From: Candidatus Thorarchaeota archaeon | GTDB lineage: Archaea > Asgardarchaeota > Thorarchaeia > Thorarchaeales > Thorarchaeaceae | Assembly: GCA_046482545.1 (NCBI GenBank) | Contig: JAWOEX010000021.1 | Location: forward strand, 103,041 to 167,040 | DNA: 64,000 bases | Direction: 5' to 3' | Shown here: positions 20,049-30,151 of the stretch, in pieces | How positions within the stretch are numbered: position 1 is the first letter of the stretch | How the letters are laid out: each line of letters starts with the position of its first letter | The notes under the pieces: model-generated | Database searches by the model: none | Told to the model about the DNA's origin: nothing | The model's input: the letters and a program-made list of their open reading frames with translations, nothing else | Position numbers and translations under genes: made by a program

Positions 20049-21923
20049 CTATATTGCAAATTCAGATACTATCAGATTTCGAGACTCAGAAGTGAAGATG
20101 AGATATACCGGTATGGCGGCCAATACAACCACTACACCTACTGCCAGCAACATCATTGCAACAGAAATAGGAAGATAGAGAATGGATGGAACCGCAGCCT
20201 CTGGAACAAGAAAATATATGCTGAAAAGAATTGCTCCGAGTATAGCTGGGATTCCTGATTTCATCCCCATTTCAATGCCTTCAGCAATCATGGTTTGAGC
20301 AATGAAGCTCGGTTTTGCACCAACAGACCGCATGATGGTGTAGTCCCGTAATCTGCCAAAAACTGATACGAGTAAATAATTCATCAAGCTCAATAACGCA
20401 CTTGCTAAGGCCATTATTGCTAGTGGTTGAAGAAGGGTCCAAATACCAGCAACGTACTCTATATTGCCTTCGAGCGTTTGTTGTTGATGATGAACAGCCA
20501 ATCCATAGTCAGAGGCGGTATCCTCAATTTGCGACATGAGTGTTGGATTATAGTCATCCAGCTGAACCAGAAAGAGATTCGGCCCAGATACACCCCAGAT
20601 ATCCTGCATTTCCGAAAAGGAAATCATTGCGACCATACCGCCATTCAGGATATCAAAGGTAATCGCAGCTACATCGAAGGAAACCCCTTCAACACCCAAG
20701 CTCTGTATCATAGGATCTTCGAACAGGGTGTTTGCCATCCTGCCACCAATTGCGGTCTTTCGTGTCCCTGCAAACTCTCCAAGAGAAAGCTTCTCCTCTT
20801 CCCCTTCGAAATACCAGTCTGATATGCAGTTCTCCCAGTGAATACCTACAATCAAAGCGGAACCAGTTCTGTCACCGCCTATCCGTTCGTATTCACCGGT
20901 TTCAGGATTTTGAATATAAGCGGGACCCTCGGAGACAGAAGTATAGTCAATCAGCCGTGCCTCCGTTTTCATAATCCCGCTCATATTCCCGAGTTTGTCC
21001 ATCATTTCATTGGATATCAAATCCGCATCATCTAGATAACTGAACGAATCATTGAGTGTATCACCCGAGAAGGAATACGCGGAGTAATATCTGGCTAGCA
21101 GGTCTGGATTCCCTATGGCTACCACATTGGTTCCCATCGCTCGTGAAACATAGGTGTCTGTAGTTGTCTGCACAACACCCCCACCAACCCACAGCAGGGA
21201 TGCGAGCGCAATACTCAGGCCAACTGCCACTACTATTTTCTTTGAATCGGCAATCTTGCGGCTAAATCCCCGTGTCGCCACTCTGAAAGAGAGGCCAAAG
21301 GAATCAAAGAATCCTCGTTTGTGCACCTCTGTGGCCGCATTAGGATTCATCGCAGAGACCGGCGATTCGTGGACAGCATCATAAATGGGTTTCTGAGCTG
21401 CAACGTAACCACTGCCGGTATAGATGAGAGCGAGAATTAGCAATTGAAACCAAGGAAATTCAAAAGTAAATTGGGCACCTGGCAGCATGGTGCCAAGCCA
21501 CATCATACCACCTAAGTAGAACATAGTGCCAAAAGCAAAACCAAGAACCAGACTGCCGATTATCAGAATCATTGCCTGAGCCATGAAGTGATCAAACACA
21601 GTGTCCATCAGGGTTCCAATCGATTTCATCAGTCCAATATCCTTACGTCTACTGCTCATCTCTAGAGAAACTGTACTCGTTATTACAACAGCACCGAGAA
21701 GGATGACAAGAATTAACGAGGTCCAAATGAATCCCTCAAAGAATACAGTCAGCGAGGAGGTTGAAGCTTCAGAGGTTATCAAGAACGTAATGTCAAGCAG
21801 TACATTACCAAACAGGAATAAGAAAACGGTTGCTGCTACCACCGTAGTCATGGTAGCCATCACAAGAGCAGTACGTAGAGGTCTTCTTTTGAGATCTTGT
21901 GATGCGTGGTCTTGTCTATGCAT
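20049..21923 (-). CDS. ABC transporter permease, FtsX/MacB-like with large extracytoplasmic domain
   Basis: N- and C-terminal four-TM bundles flank a soluble domain. Overlaps the ATPase gene by 8 nt. Confidence 0.65.
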   Translation of the reverse strand: MHRQDHASQDLKRRPLRTALVMATMTTVVAATVFLFLFGNVLLDITFLITSEASTSSLTVFFEGFIWTSLILVILLGAVVITSTVSLEMSSRRKDIGLMKSIGTLMDTVFDHFMAQAMILIIGSLVLGFAFGTMFYLGGMMWLGTMLPGAQFTFEFPWFQLLILALIYTGSGYVAAQKPIYDAVHESPVSAMNPNAATEVHKRGFFDSFGLSFRVATRGFSRKIADSKKIVVAVGLSIALASLLWVGGGVVQTTTDTYVSRAMGTNVVAIGNPDLLARYYSAYSFSGDTLNDSFSYLDDADLISNEMMDKLGNMSGIMKTEARLIDYTSVSEGPAYIQNPETGEYERIGGDRTGSALIVGIHWENCISDWYFEGEEEKLSLGEFAGTRKTAIGGRMANTLFEDPMIQSLGVEGVSFDVAAITFDILNGGMVAMISFSEMQDIWGVSGPNLFLVQLDDYNPTLMSQIEDTASDYGLAVHHQQQTLEGNIEYVAGIWTLLQPLAIMALASALLSLMNYLLVSVFGRLRDYTIMRSVGAKPSFIAQTMIAEGIEMGMKSGIPAILGAILFSIYFLVPEAAVPSILYLPISVAMMLLAVGVVVVLAAIPVYLIFTSESRNLIVSEFAI

Positions 21924-22665
21924 TAGGTATCAGCTCTCCGTCTACCATCTCAAATCTACGGACATCATCAAGCGACAACAACTGTTGATCATGTGTCATA
22001 GTTACCACTGTCTTTCCTTCTTGGTTCAAGGCAGTAAGCAGGTCCCTAACCATCTGTGCAGTATCTACGTCAAGATTGGCAGTAGGTTCATCAGCAAGAA
22101 TTACAGGCGGATCATTTGCCATTGCCCGAGCAATAGCTACTCTCTGTTGTTCTCCAGAGCTGAGCTGCCAAGGAAGATGATCTTCGCGATGAGACAGTCC
22201 TACCCGTTCAAGCAAATCAGAAGCATCAGACTGTATGGTGTTGAGTTCTCGCTCAGAAAGCTGCATAGGAAACATCACGTTCTCAAGGGCAGTTAGGGTA
22301 GAAATCAGGTTGTAACTCTGAAATATGAAACCTGTATATGTTAGTCTAAAGGTTGCTCTGAAGGCTTCATCATAGTCACCTATTGGCACATCCAACACGT
22401 GAACTCTGCCAGAGGTTACATAATCGATGCAGCCAATGATATTGAGCAATGTTGTCTTGCCTGAACCTGAAGGGCCACTGATTGCCACAAAGTCTCCTGG
22501 AATAATTTCCATAGTCACATTCTGTAGCGCATCAATTTTTCGATTACCAAGTTCATAAGTTCTATAGACTTTATCCAGCCTGACCGCATGTGTAGCTCCC
22601 TCCAAGTCATCCAAGTTAAGCTCAGTATCAGCTTCATTGCTACCAAGCAAAGTGTCTTCAGACAT
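21916..22665 (-). CDS. ABC transporter ATP-binding protein
   Basis: GPSGSGKTT, LSSGEQQRVAIARAM, ILADEPTANLD. Confidence 0.8.
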   Translation of the reverse strand: MSEDTLLGSNEADTELNLDDLEGATHAVRLDKVYRTYELGNRKIDALQNVTMEIIPGDFVAISGPSGSGKTTLLNIIGCIDYVTSGRVHVLDVPIGDYDEAFRATFRLTYTGFIFQSYNLISTLTALENVMFPMQLSERELNTIQSDASDLLERVGLSHREDHLPWQLSSGEQQRVAIARAMANDPPVILADEPTANLDVDTAQMVRDLLTALNQEGKTVVTMTHDQQLLSLDDVRRFEMVDGELIPNA

Positions 22666-22739
22666 TGTTGTTTTCCTCGCAGCCTACATTTTGGTCGGAT
22701 TGATTCCTATGTCATTAGAGCATGTAGATTGCTTTTGAA

Positions 22740-23504
22740 TCACTTCAGAGAAAGACCCAGTTCAGATATGGCTTCCGATGCCCATTCCTTCACAACTAGA
22801 GGCTTCTCTCTTCCAAATACCTTTAGCTTCTGGACTATATCCGCGTCCAACAGGCTGCTAACATAATATGAAACCAAACTCTTGTCCAGTGAAAGAATCC
22901 GACTAAGTTCTGCCTGTGTAATCTCAGAATTGGTTAAGCACTTTTCCACAATGGAAGCGACCGTCGGATTTCGAATTAGTGCAGCGAGTTCTAGGTTTCG
23001 CTTTTCCGATGTGAAGCCAGAGATGAAGAGATGACGCGTATTGCCCATTCTGTGGGAAACTACGAGTCCGGCGTCTTCCATATTAGAAAGATGGTATTGA
23101 AGCGCACCCATGGCACAATCCAAGTGTCGTCTCAATTCACGCAAATGGATACCGGGAAAATTCTCAATCTCATCCAGAATTCTCGCTCTTAATGTGACAC
23201 CCTGTTCTTTTTCTCCTGCATCGACCGAGATGGTTCCTATAACCAGTATAGATGGTATAATATTGCCCAGAGTGTTGGTAAGGGTGTTGTCCATTATTAC
23301 AGATGTACCCATCCTCATTGATGCAAAGCTCATATCACAGTCAACAGCTGCTTGATGCATAGATGCAACCTCACTAATTTCGTCAGCTGAAATTACTGCT
23401 GAGCCTCTCTGAACACTAGAAATCAAGAAGACCGCAAGACCGGACATCATGAGAACCATTACTGTCGCAGCCAACAGTCCTTTGGTACTTTTTCCAACAC
23501 TCAT
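22740..23504 (-). CDS. Membrane-anchored transcriptional regulator with two winged-helix (ArsR-like) domains
   Basis: N-terminal TM helix. Two wHTH segments: HLRELRRHLDCAMGALQYHLSNMEDAGLV and ITQAELSRILSLDKSLVSYYVSSLLDADIV. Confidence 0.5.
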   Translation of the reverse strand: MSVGKSTKGLLAATVMVLMMSGLAVFLISSVQRGSAVISADEISEVASMHQAAVDCDMSFASMRMGTSVIMDNTLTNTLGNIIPSILVIGTISVDAGEKEQGVTLRARILDEIENFPGIHLRELRRHLDCAMGALQYHLSNMEDAGLVVSHRMGNTRHLFISGFTSEKRNLELAALIRNPTVASIVEKCLTNSEITQAELSRILSLDKSLVSYYVSSLLDADIVQKLKVFGREKPLVVKEWASEAISELGLSLK

Positions 23505-23581
23505 TGTTTTTTACCGTGCATCAGATATTATCCTTTACAATTAAGGGATACGTTTGTTACATCGCCGTACGAGCACCTACT

Positions 23582-24136
23582 TTATCCTCGCGGGGGGTAA
23601 CTCATCTTAATGTGGAAGGTACAGGTTTCGTCCCCGATTGCCATGCATGTTTCTTCCTCAATCTGCAGTGTCTCGTATTCAATACGGTTATAGTCAGTCA
23701 GGTATTCCATAATCGATTCAATGAAACCCCGCAAGTAGTAGCAAGCCGGCTCATCAGATTCCATACTAGCAGCATAAGGATTCTCCTTGATTTCGATTAT
23801 TGCTTCCTCATCAAGAAATAGCTTGTAGAGCTTGGCTATTTCAATTTCTCCAAAAGGTACTATCAGCCGCTCCAAGGCCATAGCAATGAATTCAATTATT
23901 CCTTTGAAATCGCCAGGGGGAGTCTGCTCTCCTATCTTAAAATATTCCCGTTGTGCTTCCAATCCGGCTAGCCTTCCAGCACTATAGTAGAGGTCTCTAA
24001 CGCGATCGGGAAATAGGACCTCAATTCTAGCACCGAGTTTTGTCCAAGTCTTTGCAAAAAAGGCCTTCATAAGCTCAGTCGAATCGAGCCGTCCCTTCCA
24101 CCATTCTATGGTTTTTTTATCTGACATCAGGAGCAC
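23582..24136 (-). CDS. V4R-domain protein
   Basis: C-terminal segment EPACYYLRGFIESIMEYL...EETCMAIGDETCTFHI fits the V4R Cys pattern. Confidence 0.5.
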   Translation of the reverse strand: MLLMSDKKTIEWWKGRLDSTELMKAFFAKTWTKLGARIEVLFPDRVRDLYYSAGRLAGLEAQREYFKIGEQTPPGDFKGIIEFIAMALERLIVPFGEIEIAKLYKLFLDEEAIIEIKENPYAASMESDEPACYYLRGFIESIMEYLTDYNRIEYETLQIEEETCMAIGDETCTFHIKMSYPPRG

Positions 24137-24198
24137 TCCATAGTGAATGTTGCTATCTTCTCATAAGTGCTTTATTGTGATTTCTATCATTAGAGGCA

Positions 24199-24675
24199 TC
24201 ACCAGACAAGCCGCACATTCCATATGCAGCGGTCAGAGCCCGTTGCCCTAGACATTTCTTGAAAGACTTTGGCATCAACACCCTTGAGTTCTAATATGGA
24301 CTCCAAGATGCCACTGAAGATTTCTCCATAGCCAAAACCCCTCATGCCTTCAAGATGTACATCTTGGCACCATACACATTCTTCATCTGTTATTCGTACA
24401 CTTCCTCGAGCTGTATCCATATCGATTTCATCTGGCTTCCTGTCGTAAAGGGCTCTGAACACTACCTCAACTAGCTTTGATACATCTTCTCGAGTTTGGA
24501 TAGTTTCTGGTGTGTTCTCGGCAATATCTGAGTTGAGATACAAGTTGGTAGATATATCTCGCCCCACCTTCCGAAGTTGTTCGTTGGCTTTTTCGATACT
24601 GTCAGTGGAAGCCAAAACCCGGTCAACAATTCGAGAGTAAAGAGTTACCAGTAGTGGATTTTTAACGCTAACCAT
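24199..24675 (-). CDS. V4R-domain protein
   Basis: EECVWCQDVHLEGMRGFGYGEIFSGILESILEL...SDRCIWNV. Paralog of 27212..27763. Confidence 0.5.
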   Translation of the reverse strand: MVSVKNPLLVTLYSRIVDRVLASTDSIEKANEQLRKVGRDISTNLYLNSDIAENTPETIQTREDVSKLVEVVFRALYDRKPDEIDMDTARGSVRITDEECVWCQDVHLEGMRGFGYGEIFSGILESILELKGVDAKVFQEMSRATGSDRCIWNVRLVW

Positions 24676-24705
24676 TTTGGGTTGACCTCTAACTTAATTC
24701 GTGAG

Positions 24706-25704
24706 TTACAAGGTTCTGCCAATCATGACAAGACCATCTTTCCTGTATTTCCCAATTGTCCGAATAACCTTATTGAGAGGTGTATCAGTCATCTCAGCGA
24801 TTTGTTCTGGTGTATGATGCCCATCACAGAGGCTGATAATGTTCTGATCTTCTGAATCAACTTCCGACTCCTTGCCTTCGTACATGGGACATTTGACAAA
24901 GCGACCCATAGCACGTTCGACCTCTTGATCTTTCTCTGCACGCGGAAGGTCAACAATTCGTTTTGTAGCCGCCCAGCGCAGCAATTCCATGATGCGCTCA
25001 TGGGGCTGTAGCATAGCCTCTGCAATATCCTCTACACTCGTCTTGTCGTCAACAAGCATTAAGACATCGAATCCAAAATTGCGATACTTCTCTTTCATCG
25101 CTTTGTACAAATCGGAATCCAGAGATAGGGCATTCGAGTACTGTTCATGACGTTTTGGTATAGTATCTGACTTCAGAGTGAAGTCTTGCGGTTGCAGTTC
25201 CTCTTCAGGTTCTTTTCTTTCTTTAGGCTCTGGTTCTTTCGCTGGTGCTTCTTCGACAGCCGGCTCAGGTTTCGCTTCAGAGAGACTTGGCTCGCTCTCG
25301 GTAGAAGCTGCCTTAATTGCAATGCTTTCTAGAACCTCTAAGTTGGATTCTGCGGACTCCTCAAAATCATCAGGGGGAGGAGGCAAATCAATTCCTTCAA
25401 GTAATCGAAGAACATTCTTTGTCTTAGCGATTGCGAGTCCCAGCTGGAGCTCCGGTTCATAGAGAACTGTAAGAATCCAGTTAATATCAACTGGTGATAG
25501 TACAACGAGACCCTTTTCGGTGTCGATGGTCATAAGGCGCAAATCTGATTCATAGAGAGCGATGCTGTCCTTCACCCGCGGAAAGAGCTCGTCAGGAAAT
25601 GAAAAGCTAACGAAAGGTCTGCCAACTTTCGTCATCAATGAATAACCAAGCACTTGTTCGTCAAACCGAAGCTTGGATAGCGCTCGCTCTAAGTCACTGG
25701 ACAT
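24706..25704 (-). CDS. Roadblock/LC7 (MglB-like) domain protein with acidic linker and C-terminal Cys-containing wHTH-like domain
   Basis: N-terminal block LRFDEQVLGYSLMTKVGRPFVSF...GLVVLSPVDINWILTVLYEPELQLGLAIAKT is Roadblock-like. E/P/K-rich linker. C-terminal segment CPMYEG...LCDGHHTPEQIAEM. Start taken at MSSDLERAL. Confidence 0.5.
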   Translation of the reverse strand: MSSDLERALSKLRFDEQVLGYSLMTKVGRPFVSFSFPDELFPRVKDSIALYESDLRLMTIDTEKGLVVLSPVDINWILTVLYEPELQLGLAIAKTKNVLRLLEGIDLPPPPDDFEESAESNLEVLESIAIKAASTESEPSLSEAKPEPAVEEAPAKEPEPKERKEPEEELQPQDFTLKSDTIPKRHEQYSNALSLDSDLYKAMKEKYRNFGFDVLMLVDDKTSVEDIAEAMLQPHERIMELLRWAATKRIVDLPRAEKDQEVERAMGRFVKCPMYEGKESEVDSEDQNIISLCDGHHTPEQIAEMTDTPLNKVIRTIGKYRKDGLVMIGRTL

Positions 25705-25924
25705 TATCTGTGTACCTCTTCTGGGGATTGGGGCAGACCTAAACCTATCTCTGCATGAGAATGCAACCGCGGCAATCTGAAAAGGATTGCGGTTGAATCC
25801 TCGCATGACGACAGTCTCAGTTTGTCCTAATCAATCTAAAGGTGACATACTGGCCGTAGCATATTAACGCCAGTAACACAGGGATTCCATACCAAGAAAA
25901 TGATTAAGAGTGATTGAATGTTAG

Positions 25925-26554
25925 ATGAATAGTGCTAGAAAAGGTGGATATCACAAAATGCGAAATCTATTGGGAGCAATTGCTTCTGTTCTGCTTGGAT
26001 CCTATCTGTCATTCATGTTGATCGAAGGGAATGTTCTCCCATATTCTTCACCTTCTGATGCTTTGTGGTTTCTTATCGCCGGAGGAACTATACTCAATTC
26101 TGCGGTGACAGGTATATTCCAACCGAACTTCATTATACCCTATATTGGCATCTGGCTGATTATGGGGCTTATATCAGGCGTATTCTCAATATCGAAAAGC
26201 AATACTGTTAGAACCGCTTTGTGGATAGCGGTGATTATTGCAATCTTATCAATCCTGTCAGCATTTCTGCAAAATCCCTCAATCTGGTTTGGGGACATGT
26301 TGGAACGGAATTCGTTCTTGCTAGCCCAGTTCGTTCAAGCTATACCAACTTCGCTTCTTTCTCTTCCAAGTGCGATACCTATGGTTTATGTTAAACAGGT
26401 GCTCTTTTCTGAGGGTGAACCAAAACCACCCAACGAGATTCGGACCAGATGTGAATGTGGAGCGGTATATAAGTCAAAGCCTATGCTCTGCGCCGAATGT
26501 GGCAGGGAGCTACATGACCCGGACTCCGAATCTCCAAAACAACAACAAGTGTAG
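25925..26554 (+). CDS. Membrane protein with C-terminal zinc ribbon
   Basis: Five TM helices. C-terminal CECGAVYKSKPMLCAECG. Confidence 0.45.
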   Translation: MNSARKGGYHKMRNLLGAIASVLLGSYLSFMLIEGNVLPYSSPSDALWFLIAGGTILNSAVTGIFQPNFIIPYIGIWLIMGLISGVFSISKSNTVRTALWIAVIIAILSILSAFLQNPSIWFGDMLERNSFLLAQFVQAIPTSLLSLPSAIPMVYVKQVLFSEGEPKPPNEIRTRCECGAVYKSKPMLCAECGRELHDPDSESPKQQQV

Positions 26555-26556
26555 TC

Positions 26557-27075
26557 CTAGCGTTTTCGAGTAATGGCACCGCCCAGTACGCCGCCAATAG
26601 TTGCCCCAATAATTGGGTAGATAGTAGATTCAAGAAGGATTTGAAGTATGGTGAGCGATGCGGTTCCCAGAATAGCTGTGAAATTAACACCCGGAGCAAT
26701 AAAGAACACAAGCAACCAATTCAAAACAGCTCCGGAAATGACTGAGAAAATGGATGCCATAACTCCATTCGGAATCCCACGCGCTATCAGTCCAGCTATC
26801 AACCCCGCTGTGCCCCAAGCTAGAAACATGAGGACGGTGGCACCTTGAGCTCCAAAGCCGAGATAGGATGCCAAGCTAGTTGAACCGAGAGCACTCGGAT
26901 AGAGTACAGTACTGACCACCGCAATTCTCAGCTCAAGGTCATTCCGTGACAAGAAATCTATGACTATTAGAGGATCTATGATATCCTCCGGTATGAATTC
27001 GCCAAAGGCAAGAATTACAAATACAATCATATATGCTGCTACTAGGCCAATGACAGTACCAAGATTCTGTCCCAA
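26557..27075 (-). CDS. Polytopic membrane protein
   Basis: Hydrophobic ORF of 172 aa. Confidence 0.45.
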   Translation of the reverse strand: MGQNLGTVIGLVAAYMIVFVILAFGEFIPEDIIDPLIVIDFLSRNDLELRIAVVSTVLYPSALGSTSLASYLGFGAQGATVLMFLAWGTAGLIAGLIARGIPNGVMASIFSVISGAVLNWLLVFFIAPGVNFTAILGTASLTILQILLESTIYPIIGATIGGVLGGAITRKR

Positions 27076-27211
27076 AACTAAGGTCCTCCGCGCTTATGGG
27101 ATGATTCTAACACATGTACATTTATGGTTATTCTATATGGCCTTATAACCTATTTCTTAGGTGAATGACCTAGAAAGATTAAGCTGAATCCGTCAATAGC
27201 CAATTCCACTA

Positions 27212-27763
27212 TTAATTGGCCTTTATTGTCCATGTGCACGTTTCATCGCCCACAGCCTGACAAGACTCTTGGTAGGATTCGCCCTTGAAACCCCGCAAGT
27301 CAAGTACTGCTTGAAATACGCCGCTAACAAGATTGCAATATTGCAGTCCGGGCATTTCTGTTATTTGAACATCTTGACAGATTACACAGTTATCATCTGT
27401 GAACTTAATCGTCTTCTTGTCGTCACTTATCCAAGTAGATGTGAACTCTTGGCCCGAATTGACCTTATACGCTAATCTGAGTGTGGATGCAAACTCATGA
27501 AACTCACCCGCGTGTTCGCTTATCTTTTCCGCATAGTCCATTAGAAGGTGTTCTCCAACACGAAAACCAATATCCTTCAGCTGACCGTTGATTACTTCCA
27601 CGCTTTGAGAGTGCTGAATCAAGTAGTTCATCAGCTCTCTATATACGGACTGGAACAGTGGTTTAGCCACTTTGTCAATCTTTAGGGCCCATGCAAGCTT
27701 TCCTTTCAATCCCATTGTGTTTCCCTCATCGTCATTCTTTTCGTGTTCTATTCGTGCGAACAA
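27212..27763 (-). CDS. V4R-domain protein
   Basis: DNCVICQDVQITEMPGLQYCNLVSGVFQAVLDL...ESCQAVGDETCTWTI. Confidence 0.5.
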   Translation of the reverse strand: MFARIEHEKNDDEGNTMGLKGKLAWALKIDKVAKPLFQSVYRELMNYLIQHSQSVEVINGQLKDIGFRVGEHLLMDYAEKISEHAGEFHEFASTLRLAYKVNSGQEFTSTWISDDKKTIKFTDDNCVICQDVQITEMPGLQYCNLVSGVFQAVLDLRGFKGESYQESCQAVGDETCTWTIKAN

Positions 27764-28661
27764 ACTTGACTCGCTTACCCCGGTATGGCACTATTGACTG
27801 GAGTACTTGGAAATACTGAATGCCTAATTCATCGGCGATTTCTTGGACTGTGTGGTTACCATCACAGAACTCCAGAACTTGCCTGTGTTCACGCTTCGCT
27901 TTTCCAATGTTGCCACTGTAGACTGGACATTCCACAATTTCTCGTGTGTCAGCCTCCTGTTCTGATGGGCATTGAACCGAGACTACTCGCTTGGGTATAA
28001 GCCACTCTACAACAGGAATGATCCTATCTACTTGTTTGTCCAGTATCTCAGCTATCTGGAATATAGTCCGCTTCTCATCAGCCATAAGTAGAACGTCTAG
28101 CGCTAGATTTCCAAACTTTTCAATCATCACAGTGTGGAGATCGGAGCCGCTTTTCATGGCTTCAGAATACAGTTCGTCCTTGTGAACGATGCAACCATGG
28201 CGGACCACAAAATCGTGGTTTTCATCTGCGGATATTTCAGGTTCCTGCTCTTGAATCTCGTCCCTTTCGCGTTCTTCATGTGGGTCCTCGCTTATAGTAT
28301 AATCCGTAGACATAGGTGGATCCGGGAGAGCAGTATCCTGCAATGCCGTAACCACATCTCTAGTAGTTTGAAGAGAGGCGCCTAATGGTTTCTCAGGTAC
28401 AAATAGAACACCAAGTACCCAGTTTTCATCAACACGCGAAAGAACGACCGTTCCTGCATCGGTGAGAACATTCACAAGTTTAAGTGATGACGCGTGCGCC
28501 TTCATCGTCCCTTTTAGCTGAGGCAAGATTTCTTCTGGCATGGAGAAGGAGAGAAATGGCTCCCCATCAGTAGTGAAAAGTGAATAGGCGCTGACTGATT
28601 CATCGAATCGCAGCTTCCCGAATACATGATCCAAATCCAAAGGCGTTTCACGTCCGTCCAC
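27732..28661 (-). CDS. Roadblock/LC7 domain protein with C-terminal Cys-containing wHTH-like domain (paralog of 24706..25704)
   Basis: LRFDESVSAYSLFTTDGEPFLSF...GTVVLSRVDENWVLGVLFVPEKPLGASLQTT. C-terminal segment VECPVYSGN...EFCDGNHTVQEIADELG. Confidence 0.5.
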   Translation of the reverse strand: MDGRETPLDLDHVFGKLRFDESVSAYSLFTTDGEPFLSFSMPEEILPQLKGTMKAHASSLKLVNVLTDAGTVVLSRVDENWVLGVLFVPEKPLGASLQTTRDVVTALQDTALPDPPMSTDYTISEDPHEERERDEIQEQEPEISADENHDFVVRHGCIVHKDELYSEAMKSGSDLHTVMIEKFGNLALDVLLMADEKRTIFQIAEILDKQVDRIIPVVEWLIPKRVVSVQCPSEQEADTREIVECPVYSGNIGKAKREHRQVLEFCDGNHTVQEIADELGIQYFQVLQSIVPYRGKRVKFVRTNRTRKE

Positions 28662-28700
28662 AACGAATAGAGTACTTAGAGATATATTGCAGTCTTTGAT

Positions 28701-29801
28701 TTAAGTAGCTTCTTCGGCTAGCTCATGTTTATCGGGCGGATTTTCGAGAAAGGAAATAACATCAGAAAGAGAAGGGTGCTCAGTAGATACTGAACTAACA
28801 TATAGAGCAGCAACAGAATTTGCTAGCAACAGACACTCCCGGGGACTCAGTTCGAGCAAGGTCCCAAGAATAGTGCCCGCATTCCAAGCATCCCCAGCTC
28901 CACAGGAAACTCGACTTTTCACTTCAAACGCAGCTACAGTAATTTCCGAATCTGGAGTCACTGATGCACTGTAGTGAGGGGTATGTAAGGCAACTTGAAT
29001 TGCGCACTCAGAAGCCACTTGCTTGGCAGCTTCCAGCCATTTTCTCGGTTTTCCTCTGACACTGAGCCAATCCTTATCTCCAGAAGGAAGATTGTGGGCG
29101 AAGTAGCAAATTTCATTCTCGTTTGCACTGAGAATATCTACTAGGCCCCTGCATAACACCTCCTGTACAAGTGGTTCAACGATGGATGGGTTGTTGGAAG
29201 GATCTCCCATATCCATGAAAGTAATGGCATCTGAACTATCCCTGATGGCCCCGTAGAGGTCTTCAGCGAGGGCTGCTGCTCTCTCATTGTGGTTTAGACA
29301 GACAAGTGCTACTAAGGGACTTGCAAAAATTGCTTCAAGGTCATCATTGGTCAAATCACTGAATTGAAAGTTGGCTGCTGCTCCACTATCGCTTATCATG
29401 AGATTGACATTCCTGCCATTGTGCGCTGTTTCAATTGAAACCGTATACGAAAGGGTTCCGTCAGTATGAACATGCTTCAAATCAAGGTCGGGATGAACTA
29501 GGGTTCTCAGCAAATTCTTTCCCCATTCACTTGTTTTCACAATTAGATGCGGCTGGACATTAAGTGAAAACAGAGCCGAGGCTGTATTGACTGCATTGCC
29601 GCCTCGGCGGATAAATTGTTCTGTGCCCATTAGATTACCACCTCCTTGATTAGCCAAGCGGTCCAAACCATCTGTGAATTCTTTATAGGAGGGGTATACC
29701 ACGAAATGGTCAACGAAAAAATCTGGCAATATTACTGGAGGGCTAAAACCAAAGGGACCAGATAGTGCTTGTAGAAGATATTCAACTTCCAGTTTTGTCA
29801 C
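28701..29801 (-). CDS. PfkB-family carbohydrate/nucleoside kinase
   Basis: The C-terminal anion-hole motif GAGDAWNAG is typical of the ribokinase superfamily. Confidence 0.6.
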   Translation of the reverse strand: MTKLEVEYLLQALSGPFGFSPPVILPDFFVDHFVVYPSYKEFTDGLDRLANQGGGNLMGTEQFIRRGGNAVNTASALFSLNVQPHLIVKTSEWGKNLLRTLVHPDLDLKHVHTDGTLSYTVSIETAHNGRNVNLMISDSGAAANFQFSDLTNDDLEAIFASPLVALVCLNHNERAAALAEDLYGAIRDSSDAITFMDMGDPSNNPSIVEPLVQEVLCRGLVDILSANENEICYFAHNLPSGDKDWLSVRGKPRKWLEAAKQVASECAIQVALHTPHYSASVTPDSEITVAAFEVKSRVSCGAGDAWNAGTILGTLLELSPRECLLLANSVAALYVSSVSTEHPSLSDVISFLENPPDKHELAEEAT

Positions 29802-29861
29802 CGCCAGGGTTTAGCCAAAGTGAGTCCGATTTCGGCTTATGCCTTGTCAATCAGCTTGTGC

Positions 29862-30071
29862 TCATCTTTCTATGTACTGTTCTATCGCTTCCACATTCTC
29901 AGAGTATTGAGTGTGACGCCGTAGATCGACAACAAGGCCGATGGAACGGGCCTCATTGACTGTCAGCCCTGCCTCAGATAGTTCTCCCCGGCTAAATCCA
30001 CGGCCAGATCTTCGGTCCTTGGTGTGAGGGGATTTCACAATTGGCTGAGCGCTATCTTCAAAACTCATCAT
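29862..30071 (-). CDS. rpl13e: Ribosomal protein L13e
   Basis: RSGRGFSRGELSEAGLTVNEARSIGLVVDLRRHT matches the L13e core GRGFSLEEL...ARTIGI.VD.RR. Confidence 0.6.
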   Translation of the reverse strand: MMSFEDSAQPIVKSPHTKDRRSGRGFSRGELSEAGLTVNEARSIGLVVDLRRHTQYSENVEAIEQYIER

Positions 30072-30151
30072 CTAAAGCTCCTTTAGATGACGGGACGCAC
30101 AACTGTTCTATTATACTTTCGCGGTTGAAGTAACAGTGTATCGATACAAAA

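Noticed and set aside
20427-21384. Multiple plus-strand ORFs (20427..20822, 20732..20974, 20838..21035, 21154..21384, 21601..22296) inside the ABC permease/ATPase genes
   Set aside because: They are antisense to long, motif-bearing minus-strand genes and show no motifs or sensible composition.
25705-25806. N-terminal extension of ORF 24706..25806 (MRGFNRNPFQ...) and hairpin CAACCGCGGCAATC/GATTGCGGTTG
   Set aside because: The extension is Arg/Pro-rich with no homology to the paralog. The paralog alignment begins at MSSDLERAL, so the region is more likely 5' UTR. The hairpin may be regulatory but is too small to call on its own.
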